DNA of 64,000 nt from the human T2T-CHM13v2.0 reference genome, Homo sapiens. The translations under genes were made by a program, and so were the position numbers. Shown piece after piece: positions 10,724 to 25,001 of the stretch. Location of the stretch: NCBI RefSeq assembly GCF_009914755.1, contig NC_060939.1. One strand, given 5' to 3'. The notes beneath the pieces are model-generated. The model was not told where the DNA came from, ran no database searches, and saw nothing but the letters and a program-made list of their open reading frames with translations. Positions within the stretch are counted from its first letter, which is position 1; each line of letters starts with the position of its first letter.

Positions 10724-13597
10724 GTGTCTCAAACCTGCTGTATGAATGGGAATGTTCAACTCTATGAGTTGAATGCAAACATCACAAAGCAGTTTCTGAG
10801 AATGCTGCTGTCTACTTTCTATTTGTAATCCCGTTTCCAACGAAATCCTCAGAACTATCGAAATTTCCAATTGCAGATTCCACAAAAAGCGTGTTTCAAA
10901 GCTGCTCTGTAAAAAGAAAGGTTCAACTCTGTTAGTTGAATACACACGTCACAAACAAGTTTCTGAGAATGCTTCTGTCTAGTTTTTATGGGAAGATATT
11001 TCCTTTTTCACCGTAGGCCTCAAAGCGCTCCAAATGTCCACTTCCACATACTACAAAAAGAGTGTTTCAAACCTGCTGTATGAAAGGGAATGTTCAACTC
11101 TATGAGTTGAATGCAAACATTACAAAGAAGTTTCTGAGAATGCTTCTGTCTAGATTTTATATGAAGGTTTTCCCGTTTCCAACGAAATTTTCAATGCTCT
11201 CAAAATATCCACTTGTAGATTCTACAAAAAGAGTGTTTCCAAACTGCTGTGTCAAAAGAAAGGTTCAACTCTGTTAGTTGAGGACACACATCACAAATAA
11301 GTTTCTGAGAATGCTTCTGTCTAGTTCTTATTTGAAGACATTTCCTTTCTCACCTTAGGCTTGAAAACGCTCGAAATATCCACTTCCAGATACGACAGAA
11401 ACAGTGATTCAAACCTGCTCTATGAAAGGGAATGTTCAACTAGGTGACTTGAATGCAAACATCACAAAGCAGTTTCTGAGAATGCTGCTGTCTACTTTCT
11501 ATTTGTAATCCCGTTTCCAACGAAATCCTCAGAACTATCGAAATTTCCAATTGCAGATTCCACAAAAAGCGTGTTTCAAAGCTGCTCTGTAAAAAGAAAG
11601 GTTCAACTCTGTTAGTTGAATACACACGTCACAAACAAGTTTCTGAGAATGCTTCTGTCTAGTTTTTATGGGAAGATATTTCCTTTTTCACCGTAGGCCT
11701 CAAAGCGCTCCAAATGTCCACTTCCACATACTACAAAAAGAGTGTTTCAAACCTGCTGTATGAAAGGGAATGTTCAACTGTATGAGTTGAATGCAAACAT
11801 TACAAAGAAGTTTCTGAGAATGCTTCTGTCTAGATTTTATATGAAGGTTTTCCCGTTTCCAACGAAATTTTCAATGCTCTCAAAATATCCACTTGTAGAT
11901 TCTACAAAAAGAGTGTTTCCAAACTGCTGTGTCAAAAGAAAGGTTCAACTCTGTTAGTTGAGGACACACATCACAAATAAGTTTCTGAGAATGCTTCTGT
12001 CTAGTTCTTATTTGAAGACATTTCCTTTCTCACCTTAGGCTTGAAAACGCTCGAAATATCCACTTCCAGATACGACAGAAACAGTGATTCAAACCTGCTC
12101 TATGAAAGGGAATGTTCAACTAGGTGACTTGAATGCAAACATCACAAAGCAGTTTCTGAGAATGCTGCTGTCTACTTTCTATTTGTAATCCCGTTTCCAA
12201 CGAAATCCTCAGAACTATCGAAATTTAGAATTGCAGATTCCACAAAAAGCGTGTTTCAAAGCTGCTCTGTAAAAAGAAAGGTTCAACTCTGTTAGTTGAA
12301 TACACACGTCACAAACAAGTTTCTGAGAATGCTTCTGTCTAGTTTTTATGGGAAGATATTTCCTTTTTCACCGTAGGCCTCAAAGCGCTCCAAATGTCCA
12401 CTTCCACATACTACAAAAAGAGTGTTTCAAACCTGCTCTATGATAGGGAATGTTGAAACCTATGAGTTGAATGCAAGCATTACAAAGAGGTTTCTGAGAA
12501 TGCTTCTGTCTAGATTTTATATGTAGATATTCCCGTTTCCAACGAAATCTTCAAAGCTATCCAAATATCAACTTGCAGATTCTACAAAAGGAATGTTTCC
12601 AAAATGCTGTATCCAAACAAAGGTTCAACTCTGTGAATTGAGGGCATACATCACAAAGAAGATTCTGAGAATGCTTCTGTCTAGATTTTATATGAAAATA
12701 TTCCCGTTTCCAACGAAATCCTCAAAGCTATCCAAATATCCACTTGCAAATGCCACAAAAAGAGTGTTTCCAAACTGCTCTGTGAAAAGGAAGGTTCAAC
12801 TCTGTTAGTTGAGTACACACATCACAAAGAGGTTTCTGAGAATGCTGCTGACTAGTTTTTATTTGAAGATATTTCCCTTTTCACCTTAGGCCTAAGAGTG
12901 CTCGAAATGTCCATTTCCACATACTCCACAAAGTGTGTTTCAAACGTGCTGTATGAAAGGGAATGTTCAACTCTATGAGTTGAATGCAAACATCACAAAG
13001 AAGATTCTGAGAATGCTTTTGTCTAGATTTTATATGAAGATATTCCCGTGTCCAACGAAATTTTCAAAGGTCTCCAAATAAAGATTGTTTCCAAACTGCT
13101 GTATCAAAACAAAGGTTGAACTCTGTGAGTTGAGGACACACATCACAAATAAGTTTCTGAGAATGCTTCTGTCTAGTTTTTATTTGAAGATGTTTCCTTT
13201 TTCACCATAGGCCTGAAAGCGCTCGAAATGTCCACTTCCAGATAGTACAGAAAGAGTGTTTCAAACCTGCTCTATGAACGGGAATGTTCAGCTCTGTGAG
13301 TTGAATGCAAACATCACAAAGCAGGTTCTGAGAATGCTTCCGTCTAGATTTTAAATGAGGATATTCCCGTTTCCAACGAAATCCTCGAAGCTATCCAAAT
13401 ATCCACTTGCAGATTCCACAAAAAGAGTGTTTCAAAACTGCTCTGTCAAAAGATAGGTTCAACTCTGTTAGTTGAGTACACACATGGCAAACAAGATTGC
13501 GAGAATGCTTTCGTCTAGTTTTTTTGGGAAGATATTTCCTTCTTCACCATAGGCCTCAAAGCGCTCCAAATATCCATTTCCACATGCTATACAAAGA
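10724..13597 (-). repeat. 17-mer HOR variant with 21-bp deletion (2874 bp)
   Basis: Hybrid first monomer (342 bp skipped), two 680-bp tetramers (11062, 11742), deletion junction at 13080. Confidence 0.9.
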
Positions 13598-16500
13598 GTG
13601 TCTCACACCTGCTGTATGAATGGGAATGTTCAACTCTATGAGTTGAATGCAAACATCACAAAGAAGTTTCTGAGAATGCTTCTGTCTAGATTTTATATGA
13701 AGGTTTTCCCGCTTCCAACGAAATTTTCAATGCTCTCAAAATATCCTCTTGTAGATTCTACAAAAAGAGTGTTTCCAAACTGCTGTATCAAAACAAAGGT
13801 TCATCTCTGTTAGTTGAGGACACACATCACAAATAAGTTTCTGAGAATGCTTCTGTCTAGTTCTTATTTGAAGACATTTCCTTTCTCACCTTAGGCCTGA
13901 AAGCGCTCGAAATACCCACTTCCAGATACTACAGAAACAGTGATTCAAACCTGCTCTATGAAAGGGAATGTTCAACTATGTGACTTGAATGCAAACATCA
14001 CAAAGCAGTTTCTGAGAATGCTGCTGTCTACTTTCTATTTGTAATCCCGTTTCCAACGAAATCCTCAGAACTATCGAAATTTCCAATTGCAGATTCCACA
14101 GAAACAGGGTTTCAAAGCTGCTCTGTAAAAAGAAAGGTTCAACTCTGTTAGTTGAATACACACGTCACAAACAAGTTTCTGAGAATGCTTCTGTCTAGTT
14201 TTTATGGGAAGATATTTCCTTTTTCACGGTAGGCCTCAAAGCGCTCCAAATGTCCACTTCCACATACTACAAAAAGAGTGTTTCAAACCTGCTCTATGAT
14301 AGGGAATGTTGAAACCTATGAGTTGAATGCAAGCATTACAAAGAGGTTTCTGAGAATGCTTCTGTCTAGATTTTATATGTAGATATTCCCGTTTCCAACG
14401 AAATCCTCAAAGCTATCCAAATATCAACTTGCAGATTCTACAAAAGGAATGTTTCCAAAATGCTGTATCCAAACAAAGGTTCAACTCTGTGAATTGAGGG
14501 CATACATCACAAAGAAGATTCTGAGAATGCTTCTGTCTAGATTTTATATGAAAATATTCCCGTTTCCAACGAAATCCTCAAAGCTATCCAAATATCCACT
14601 TGCAAATGCCACAAAAAGAGTGTTTCCAAACTGCTCTGTGAAAAGGAAGGTTCAACTCTGTTAGTTGAGTACACACATCACAAAGAGGTTTCTGAGAATG
14701 CTGCTGACTAGTTTTTATTTGAAGATATTTCCCTTTTCACCTTAGGCCTAAGAGTGCTCGAAATGTCCATTTCCACATACTCCACAAGGTGTGTTTCAAA
14801 CGTGCTGTATGAAAGGGAATGTTCAACTCTATGAGTTGAATGCAAACATCACAAAGAAGATTCTGAGAATGCTTTTGTCTAGATTTTATATGAAGATATT
14901 CCCGTGTCCAACGAAATTTTCAAAGGTCTCCAAATATCCATTTGTAGATTCTACAAAAAGAGTGTTTCCAAACTGCTGTATCAAAACAAAGGTTGAACTC
15001 TGTGAGTTGAGGACACACATCACAAATAAGTTTCTGAGAATGCTTCTGTCTAGTTTTTATTTGAAGATGTTTCCTTTTTCACCATAGGCCTGAAAGCGCT
15101 CGAAATGTCCACTTCCAGATAGTACAGAAAGAGTGTTTCAAACCTGCTCTATGAACGGGAATGTTCAGCTCTGTGAGTTGAATGCAAACATCACAAAGCA
15201 GGTTCTGAGAATGCTTCCGTCTAGATTTTAAATGAGGATATTCCCGTTTCCAACGAAATCCTCGAAGCTATCCAAATATCCACTTGCAGATTCCACAAAA
15301 AGAGTGTTTCAAAACTGCTCTGTCAAAAGATAGGTTCAACTCTGTTAGTTGAGTACACACATGGCAAACAAGATTGCGAGAATGCTTTCGTCTAGTTTTT
15401 TTGGGAAGATATTTCCTTCTTCACCATAGGCCTCAAAGCGCTCCAAATATCCATTTCCACATGCTATACAAAGAGTGTCTCAAACCTGCTGTATGAATGG
15501 GAATGTTCAACTCTATGAGTTGAATGCAAACATCACAAAGAAGTTTCTGAGAATGCTGCTGTCTAGATTTTATATGAAGGTTTTCCCGCTTCCAACGAAA
15601 TTTTCAATGCTCTCAAAATATCCTCTTGTAGATTCTACAAAAAGAGTGTTTCCAAACTGCTGTATCAAAACAAAGGTTCATCTCTGTTAGTTGAGGACAC
15701 ACATCACAAATAAGTTTCTGAGAATGCTTCTGTCTAGTTCTTATTTGAAGACATTTCCTTTCTCACCTTAGGCCTGAAAGCGCTCGAAATACCCACTTCC
15801 AGATACTACAGAAACAGTGATTCAAACCTGCTCTATGAAAGGGAATGTTCAACTATGTGACTTGAATGCAAACATCACAAAGCAGTTTCTGAGAATGCTG
15901 CTGTCTACTTTCTATTTGTAATCCCGTTTCCAACGAAATCCTCAGAACTATCGAAATTTCCAATTGCAGATTCCACAGAAACAGGGTTTCAAAGCTGCTC
16001 TGTAAAAAGAAAGGTTCAACTCTGTTAGTTGAATACACACGTCACAAACAAGTTTCTGAGAATGCTTCTGTCTAGTTTTTATGGGAAGATATTTCCTTTT
16101 TCACCGTAGGCCTCAAAGCGCTCCACATGTCCACTTCCACATACTACAAAAAGAGTGTTTCAAACCTGCTGTATGAAAGGGAATGTTCAACTCTATGAGT
16201 TGAATGCAAACATTACAAAGAAGTTTCTGAGAATGCTTCTGTCTAGATTTTATATGAAGGTTTTCCCGTTTCCAACGAAATTTTCAATGCTCTCAAAATA
16301 TCCACTTGTAGATTCTACAAAAAGAGTGTTTCCAAACTGCTGTGTCAAAAGAAAGGTTCAACTCTGTTAGTTGAAGACACACATCACAAATAAGTTTCTG
16401 AGAATGTTTCTGTCTAGTTCTTATTTGAAGACATTTCCTTTCTCACCTTAGGCCTGAAAACGCTCGAAATATCCACTTCCAGATACGACAGAAACAGTGA

Positions 16501-19500
16501 TTCAAACCTGCTCTATGAAAGGGAATGTTCAACTAGGTGACTTGAATGCAAACATCACAAAGCAGTTTCTGAGAATGCTGCTGTCTACTTTCTATTTGTA
16601 ATCCCGTTTCCAACGAAATCCTCAGAACCATCGAAATTTCCAATTGCAGATTCCACAGAAACAGGGTTTCAAAGCTGCTCTGTAAAAAGAAAGGTTCAAC
16701 TCTGTTAGTTGAATACACACGTCACAAACAAGTTTCTGAGAATGCTTCTGTCTAGTTTTTATGGGAAGATATTTCCTTTATCACGGTAGGCCTCAAAGCG
16801 CTCCAAATGTCCACTTCCACATACTACAAAAAGAGTGTTTCAAACCTGCTCTATGATAGGGAATGTTGAAACCTATGAGTGGAATGCAAGCATTACAAAG
16901 AGGTTTCTGAGAATGCTTCTGTCTAGATTTTATATGTAGATATTCCCGTTTCCAACGAAATCCTCAAAGCTATCCAAATATCAACTTGCAGATTCTGCAA
17001 AAGGAATGTTTCCAAAATGCTGTATCCAAACAAAGGTTCAACTCTGTGAATTGAGGGCATACATCACAAAGAAGATTCTGAGAATGCTTCTGTCTAGATT
17101 TTATATGAAAATATTCCCGTTTCCAACGAAATCCTCAAAGCTATCCAAATATCCACTTGCAAATGCCACAAAAAGAGTGTTTCCAAACTGCTCTGTGAAA
17201 AGGAAGGTTCAACTCTGTTAGTTGAGTACACACATCACAAAGAGGTTTCTGAGAATGCTGCTGACTAGTTTTTATTTGAAGATATTTCCCTTTCCACCTT
17301 AGGCCTAAGAGTGCTCGAAATGTCCATTTCCACATACTCCACAAAGTGTGTTTCAAACGTGCTGTATGAAAGGGAATGTTCAACTCTATGAGTTGAATGC
17401 AAACATCACAAAGAAGACTCTGAGAATGCTTTTGTCTAGATTTTATATGAAGATATTCCCTTGTCCAACGAAATTTTCAAAGGTCTCCAAATATCCATTT
17501 GTAGATTCTACAAAAAGAGTGTTTCCAAACTGCTGTATCAAAACAAAGGTTGAACTCTGTGAGTTGAGGACACACATCACAAATAAGTTTCTGAGAATGC
17601 TTCTGTCTAGTTTTTATTTGAAGATGTTTCCTTTTTCACCATAGGCCTGAAAGCGCTCGAAATGTCCACTTCCAGATAGTACAGAAAGAGTGTTTCAAAC
17701 CTGCTCTATGAACGGGAATGTTCAGCTCTGTGAGTTGAATGCAAACATCACAAAGCAGGTTCTGAGAATGCTTCCGTCTAGATTTTAAATGAGGATATTC
17801 CCGTTTCCAACGAAATCCTCGAAGCTATCCAAATATCCACTTGCAGATTCCACAAAAAGAGTGTTTCAAAACTGCTCTGTCAAAAGATAGGTTCAACTCT
17901 GTTAGTTGAGTACACACATGGCAAACAAGATTGCGAGAATGCTTTCGTCTAGTTTTTTTGGGAAGATATTTCCTTCTTCACCATAGGCCTCAAAGCGCTC
18001 CAAATATCCATTTCCACATGCTATACAAAGAGTGTCTCAAACCTGCTGTATGAATGGGAATGTTCAACTCTATGAGTTGAATGCAAACATCACAAAGAAG
18101 TTTCTGAGAATGCTGCTGTCTAGATTTTATATGAAGGTTTTCCCGCTTCCAACGAAATTTTCAATGCTCTCAAAATATCCTCTTGTAGATTCTACAAAAA
18201 GAGTGTTTCCAAACTGCTGTATCAAAACAAAGGTTCATCTCTGTTAGTTGAGGACACACATCACAAATAAGTTTCTGAGAATGCTTCTGTCTAGTTCTTA
18301 TTTGAAGACATTTCCTTTCTCACCTTAGGCCTGAAAGCGCTCGAAATACCCACTTCCAGATACTACAGAAACAGTGATTCAAACCTGCTTTATGAAAGGG
18401 AATGTTCAACTATGTGACTTGAATGCAAACATCACAAAGCAGTTTCTGAGGATGCTGCTGTCTACTTTCTATTTGTAATCCCGTTTCCAACGAAATCCTC
18501 AGAACTATCGAAATTTCCAATTGCAGATTCCACAGAAACAGGGTTTCAAAGCTGCTCTGTAAAAAGAAAGGTTCAACTCTGTTAGTTGAATACACACGTC
18601 ACAAACAAGTTTCTGAGAATGCTTCTGTCTAGTTTTTATGGGAAGATACTTCCTTTTTCACCGTAGGCCTCAAAGCGCTCCAAATGTCCACTTACACATA
18701 CTACAAAAAGAGTGTTTCAAACCTGCTGTATGAAAGGGAATGTTCAACTCTATGAGTTGAATGCAAACATTACAAAGAAGTTTCTGAGAATGCTTCTGTC
18801 TAGATTTTATATGAAGGTTTTCCCGTTTCCAACGAAATTTTCAATGCTCTCAAAATATCCACTTGTAGATTCTACAAAAAGAGTGTTTCCAAACTGCTGT
18901 GTCAAAAGAAAGGTTCAACTCTCTTAGTTGAGGACACACATCACAAATAAGTTTCTGAGAATGCTTCTGTCTAGTTCTTATTTGAAGACATTTCCTTTCT
19001 CACCTTAGGCCTGAAAACGCTCGAAATATCCACTTCCAGATACGACAGAAACAGTGATTCAAACCTGCTCTATGAAAGGGAATGTTCAACTAGGTGACTT
19101 GAATGCAAACATCACAAAGCAGTTTCTGAGAATGCTGCTGTCTACTTTCTATTTGTAATCCCGTTTCCAACGAAATCCTCAGAACTATCGAAATTTCCAA
19201 TTGCAGATTCCACAGAAACAGGGTTTCAAAGCTGCTCTGTAAAAAGAAAGGTTCAACTCTGTTAGTTGAATACACACGTCACAAACAAGTTTCTGAGAAT
19301 GCTTCTGTCTAGTTTTTATGGGAAGATATTTCCTTTTTCACGGTAGGCCTCAAAGCGCTCCAAATGTCCACTTCCACATACTACAAAAAGAGTGTTTCAA
19401 ACCTGCTCTATGATAGGGAATGTTGAAACCTATGAGTTGAATGCAAGCATTACAAAGAGGTTTCTGAGAATGCTTCTGTCTAGATTTTATATGTAGATAT

Positions 19501-22500
19501 TCCCGTTTCCAACGAAATCCTCAAAGCTATCCAAATATCAACTTGCAGATTCTACAAAAGGAATGTTTCCAAAATGCTGTATCCAAACAAAGGTTCAACT
19601 CTGTGAATTGAGGGCATACATCACAAAGAAGATTCTGAGAATGCTTCTGTCTAGATTTTATATGAAAATATTCCCGTTTCCAACGAAATCCTCAAAGCTA
19701 TCCAAATATCCACTTGCAAATGCCACAAAAAGAGTGTTTCCAAACTGCTCTGTGAAAAGGAAGGTTCAACTCTGTTAGTTGAGTACACACATCACAAAGA
19801 GGTTTCTGAGAATGCTGCTGACTAGTTTTTATTTGAAGATATTTCCCTTTTCACCTTAGGCCTAAGAGTGCTCGAAATGTCCATTTCCACATACTCCACA
19901 AAGTGTGTTTCAAACGTGCTGTATGAAAGGGAATGTTCAACTCTATGAGTTGAATGCAAACATCACAAAGAAGACTCTGAGAATGCTTTTGTCTAGATTT
20001 TATATGAAGATATTCCCGTGTCCAACGAAATTTTCAAAGGTCTCCAAATATCCATTTGTAGATTCTACAAAAAGAGTGTTTCCAAACTGCTGTATCAAAA
20101 CAAAGGTTGAACTCTGTGAGTTGAGGACACACATCACAAATAAGTTTCTGAGAATGCTTCTGTCTAGTTTTTATTTGAAGATGTTTCCTTTTTCACCATA
20201 GGCCTGAAAGCGCTCGAAATGTCCACTTCCAGATAGTACAGAAAGAGTGTTTCAAACCTGCTCTATGAACGGGAATGTTCAGCTCTGTGAGTTGAATGCA
20301 AACATCACAAAGCAGGTTCCGAGAATGCTTCCGTCTAGATTTTAAATGAGGATATTCCCGTTTCCAACGAAATCCTCGAAGCTATCCAAATATCCACTTG
20401 CAGATTCCACAAAAAGAGTGTTTCAAAACTGCTCTGTCAAAAGATAGGTTCAACTCTGTTAGTTGAGTACACACATGGCAAACAAGATTCCGAGAATGCT
20501 TTCGTCTAGTTTTTTTGGGAAGATACTTCCTTCTTCACCATAGGCCTCAAAGCGCTCCAAATATCCATTTCCACATGCTATACAAAGAGTGTCTCAAACC
20601 TGCTGTATGAATGGGAATGTTCAACTCTATGAGTTGAATGCAAACATCACAAAGAAGTTTCTGAGAATGCTGCTGTCTAGATTTTATATGAAGGTTTTCC
20701 CGCTTCCAACGAAATTTTCAATGCTCTCAAAATATCCTCTTGTAGATTCTACAAAAAGAGTGTTTCCAAACTGCTGTATCAAAACAAAGGTTCATCTCTG
20801 TTAGTTGAGGACACACATCACAAATAAGTTTCTGAGAATGCTTCTGTCTAGTTCTTATTTGAAGACATTTCCTTTCTCACCTTAGGCCTGAAAACGCTCG
20901 AAATATCCACTTCCAGATACGACAGAAACTGTGATTCAAACCTGCTCTATGAAAGGGAATGTTCAACTAGGTGACTTGAATGCAAACATCATAAAGCAGT
21001 TTCTGAGAATGCTGCTGTCTACTTTGTATTTGTAATCCCGTTTCCAACGAAATCCTCAGAACTATCGAAATTTCCAATTGCAGATTCCACAAAAAGCGTG
21101 TTTCAAAGCTGCTCTGTAGAAAGAAAGGTTCAACTCTGTTAGTTGAATACACACGTCACAAACAAGTTTCTGAGAATGCTTCTGTCTAGTTTTTATGGGA
21201 AGATATTTCCTTTTTCACCGTAGGCCTCAAAGCGCTCCAAATGTCCACTTCCACATACTACAAAAAGAGTGTTTCAAACCTGCTGTATGAAAGGGAATGT
21301 TCAACTCTATGAGTTGAATGCAAACATTACAAAGAAGTTTCTGAGAATGCTTCTGTCTAGATTTTATATGAAGGTTTTCCCGTTTCCAACGAAATTTTCA
21401 ATGCTCTCAAAATATCCACTTGTAGATTCTACAAAAAGAGTGTTTCCAAACTGCTGTGTCAAAAGAAAGGTTCAACTCTGTTAGTTGAGGACACACATCA
21501 CAAATAAGTTTCTGAGAATGCTTCTGTCTAGTTCTTATTTGAAGACATTTCCTTTCTCACCTTAGGCCTGAAAACGCTCGAAATATCCACTTCCAGATAC
21601 GACAGAAACAGTGATTCAAACCTGCTCTATGAAAGGGAATGTTCAACTAGGTGACTTGAATGCAAACATCACAAAGCAGTTTCTGAGAATGCTGCTGTCT
21701 ACTTTCTATTTGTAATCCCGTTTCCAACGAAATCCTCAGAACTATCGAAATTTCCAATTGCAGATTCCACAAAAAGCGTGTTTCAAAGCTGCTCTGTAGA
21801 AAGAAAGGTTCAACTCTGTTAGTTGAATACACACGTCACAAACAAGTTTCTGAGAATGCTTCTGTCTAGTTTTTATGGGAAGATATTTCCTTTTTCACCG
21901 TAGGCCTCAAAGCGCTCCAAATGTCCACTTCCACATACTACAAAAAGAGTGTTTCAAACCTGCTCTATGATAGGGAATGTTGAAACCTATGAGTTGAATG
22001 CAAGCATTACAAAGAGGTTTCTGAGAATGCTTCTGTCTAGATTTTATATGTAGATATTCCCGTTTCCAACGAAATCCTCAAAGCTATCCAAATATCAACT
22101 TGCAGATTCTACAAAAGGAATGTTTCCAAAATGCTGTATCCAAACAAAGGTTCAACTCTGTGAATTGAGGGCATACATCACAAAGAAGATTCTGAGAATG
22201 CTTCTGTCTAGATTTTATATGAAAATATTCCCGTTTCCAACGAAATCCTCAAAGCTATCCAAATATCCACTTGCAAATGCCACAAAAAGAGTGTTTCCAA
22301 ACTGCTCTGTGAAAAGGAAGGTTCAACTCTGTTAGTTGAGTACACACATCACAAAGAGGTTTCTGAGAATGCTGCTGACTAGTTTTTATTTGAAGATATT
22401 TCCCTTTTCACCTTAGGCCTAAGAGTGCTCGAAATGTCCATTTCCACATACTCCACAAAGTGTGTTTCAAACGTGCTGTATGAAAGGGAATGTTCAACTC

Positions 22501-25001
22501 TATGAGTTGAATGCAAACATCACAAAGAAGATTCTGAGAATGCTTTTGTCTAGATTTTATATGAAGATATTCCCGTGTCCAACGAAATTTTCAAAGGTCT
22601 CCAAATAAAGATTGTTTCCAAACTGCTGTATCAAAACAAAGGTTGAACTCTGTGAGTTGAGGACACACATCACAAATAAGTTTCTGAGAATGCTTCTGTC
22701 TAGTTTTTATTTGAAGATGTTTCCTTTTTCACCATAGGCCTGAAAGCGCTCGAAATGTCCACTTCCAGATAGTACAGAAAGAGTGTTTCAAACCTGCTCT
22801 ATGAACGGGAATGTTCAGCTCTGTGAGTTGAATGCAAACATCACAAAGCAGGTTCTGAGAATGCTTCCGTCTAGATTTTAAATGAGGATATTCCCGTTTC
22901 CAACGAAATCCTCGAAGCTATCCAAATATCCACTTGCAGATTCCACAAAAAGAGTGTTTCAAAACTGCTCTGTCAAAAGATAGGTTCAACTCTGTTAGTT
23001 GAGTACACACATGGCAAACAAGATTGCGAGAATGCTTTCGTCTAGTTTTTTTGGGAAGATATTTCCTTCTTCACCATAGGCCTCAAAGCGCTCCAAATAT
23101 CCATTTCCACATGCTATACAAAGAGTGTCTCAAACCTGCTGTATGAATGGGAATGTTCAACTCTATGAGTTGAATGCAAACATCACAAAGAAGTTTCTGA
23201 GAATGCTGCTGTCTAGATTTTATATGAAGGTTTTCCCGCTTCCAACGAAATTTTCAATGCTCTCAAAATATCCTCTTGTAGATTCTACAAAAAGAGTGTT
23301 TCCAAACTGCTGTATCAAAACAAAGGTTCATCTCTGTTAGTTGAGGACACACATCACAAATAAGTTTCTGAGAATGCTTCTGTCTAGTTCTTATTTGAAG
23401 ACATTTCCTTTCTCACCTTAGGCCTGAAAGCGCTCGAAATACCCACTTCCAGATACTACAGAAACTGTGATTCAAACCTGCTCTATGAAAGGGAATGTTC
23501 AACTAGGTGACTTGAATGCAAACATCACAAAGCAGTTTCTGAGAATGCTGCTGTCTACTTTCTATTTGTAATCCCGTTTCCAACGAAATCCTCAGAACTA
23601 TCGAAATTTCCAATTGCAGATTCCACAGAAACAGGGTTTCAAAGCTGCTCTGTAAAAAGAAAGGTTCAACTCTGTTAGTTGAATACACACGTCACAAACA
23701 AGTTTCTGAGAATGCTTCTGTCTAGTTTTTATGGGAAGATATTTCCTTTTTCACGGTAGGCCTCAAAGCGCTCCAAATGTCCACTTCCACATACTACAAA
23801 AAGAGTGTTTCAAACCTGCTCTATGATAGGGAATGTTGAAACCTATGAGTTGAATGCAAGCATTACAAAGAGGTTTCTGAGAATGCTTCTGTCTAGATTT
23901 TATATGTAGATATTCCCGTTTCCAACGAAATCCTCAAAGCTATCCAAATATCAACTTGCAGATTCTACAAAAGGAATGTTTCCAAAATGCTGTATCCAAA
24001 CAAAGGTTCAACTCTGTGAATTGAGGGCATACATCACAAAGAAGATTCTGAGAATGCTTCTGTCTAGATTTTATATGAAAATATTCCCGTTTCCAACGAA
24101 ATCCTCAAAGCTATCCAAATATCCACTTGCAAATGCCACAAAAAGAGTGTTTCCAAACTGCTCTGTGAAAAGGAAGGTTCAACTCTGTTAGTTGAGTACA
24201 CACATCACAAAGAGGTTTCTGAGAATGCTGCTGACTAGTTTTTATTTGAAGATATTTCCCTTTTCACCTTAGGCCTAAGAGTGCTCGAAATGTCCATTTC
24301 CACATACTCCACAAAGTGTGTTTCAAACGTGCTGTATGAAAGGGAATGTTCAACTCTATGAGTTGAATGCAAACATCACAAAGAAGATTCTGAGAATGCT
24401 TTTGTCTAGATTTTATATGAAGATATTCCCGTGTCCAACGAAATTTTCAAAGGTCTCCAAATATCCATTTGTAGATTCTACAAAAAGAGTGTTTCCAAAC
24501 TGCTGTATCAAAACAAAGGTTGAACTCTGTGAGTTGAGGACACACATCACAAATAAGTTTCTGAGAATGCTTCTGTCTAGTTTTTATTTGAAGATGTTTC
24601 CTTTTTCACCATAGGCCTGAAAGCGCTCGAAATGTCCACTTCCAGATAGTACAGAAAGAGTGTTTCAAACCTGCTCTATGAACGGGAATGTTCAGCTCTG
24701 TGAGTTGAATGCAAACATCACAAAGCAGGTTCTGAGAATGCTTCCGTCTAGATTTTAAATGAGGATATTCCCGTTTCCAACGAAATCCTCGAAGCTATCC
24801 AAATATCCACTTGCAGATTCCACAAAAAGAGTGTTTCAAAACTGCTCTGTCAAAAGATAGGTTCAACTCTGTTAGTTGAGTACACACATGGCAAACAAGA
24901 TTCCGAGAATGCTTTCGTCTAGTTTTTTTGGGAAGATATTTCCTTCTTCACCATAGGCCTCAAAGCGCTCCAAATATCCATTTCCACATGCTATACAAAG
25001 A
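13598..25001 (-). repeat. HOR run: 11-mer, 15-mer, 15-mer, 15-mer with 21-bp deletion, 11-mer
   Basis: Markers at 13598, 15475, 18032, 20589, 23125, 25002 (1877, 2557, 2557, 2536, 1877 bp). Confidence 0.92.

Noticed and set aside
10682-10945. Longer 87-aa minus-strand ORF as a new fusion peptide
   Set aside because: It is a by-product of the hybrid monomer removing a stop codon; there is no evidence of expression.
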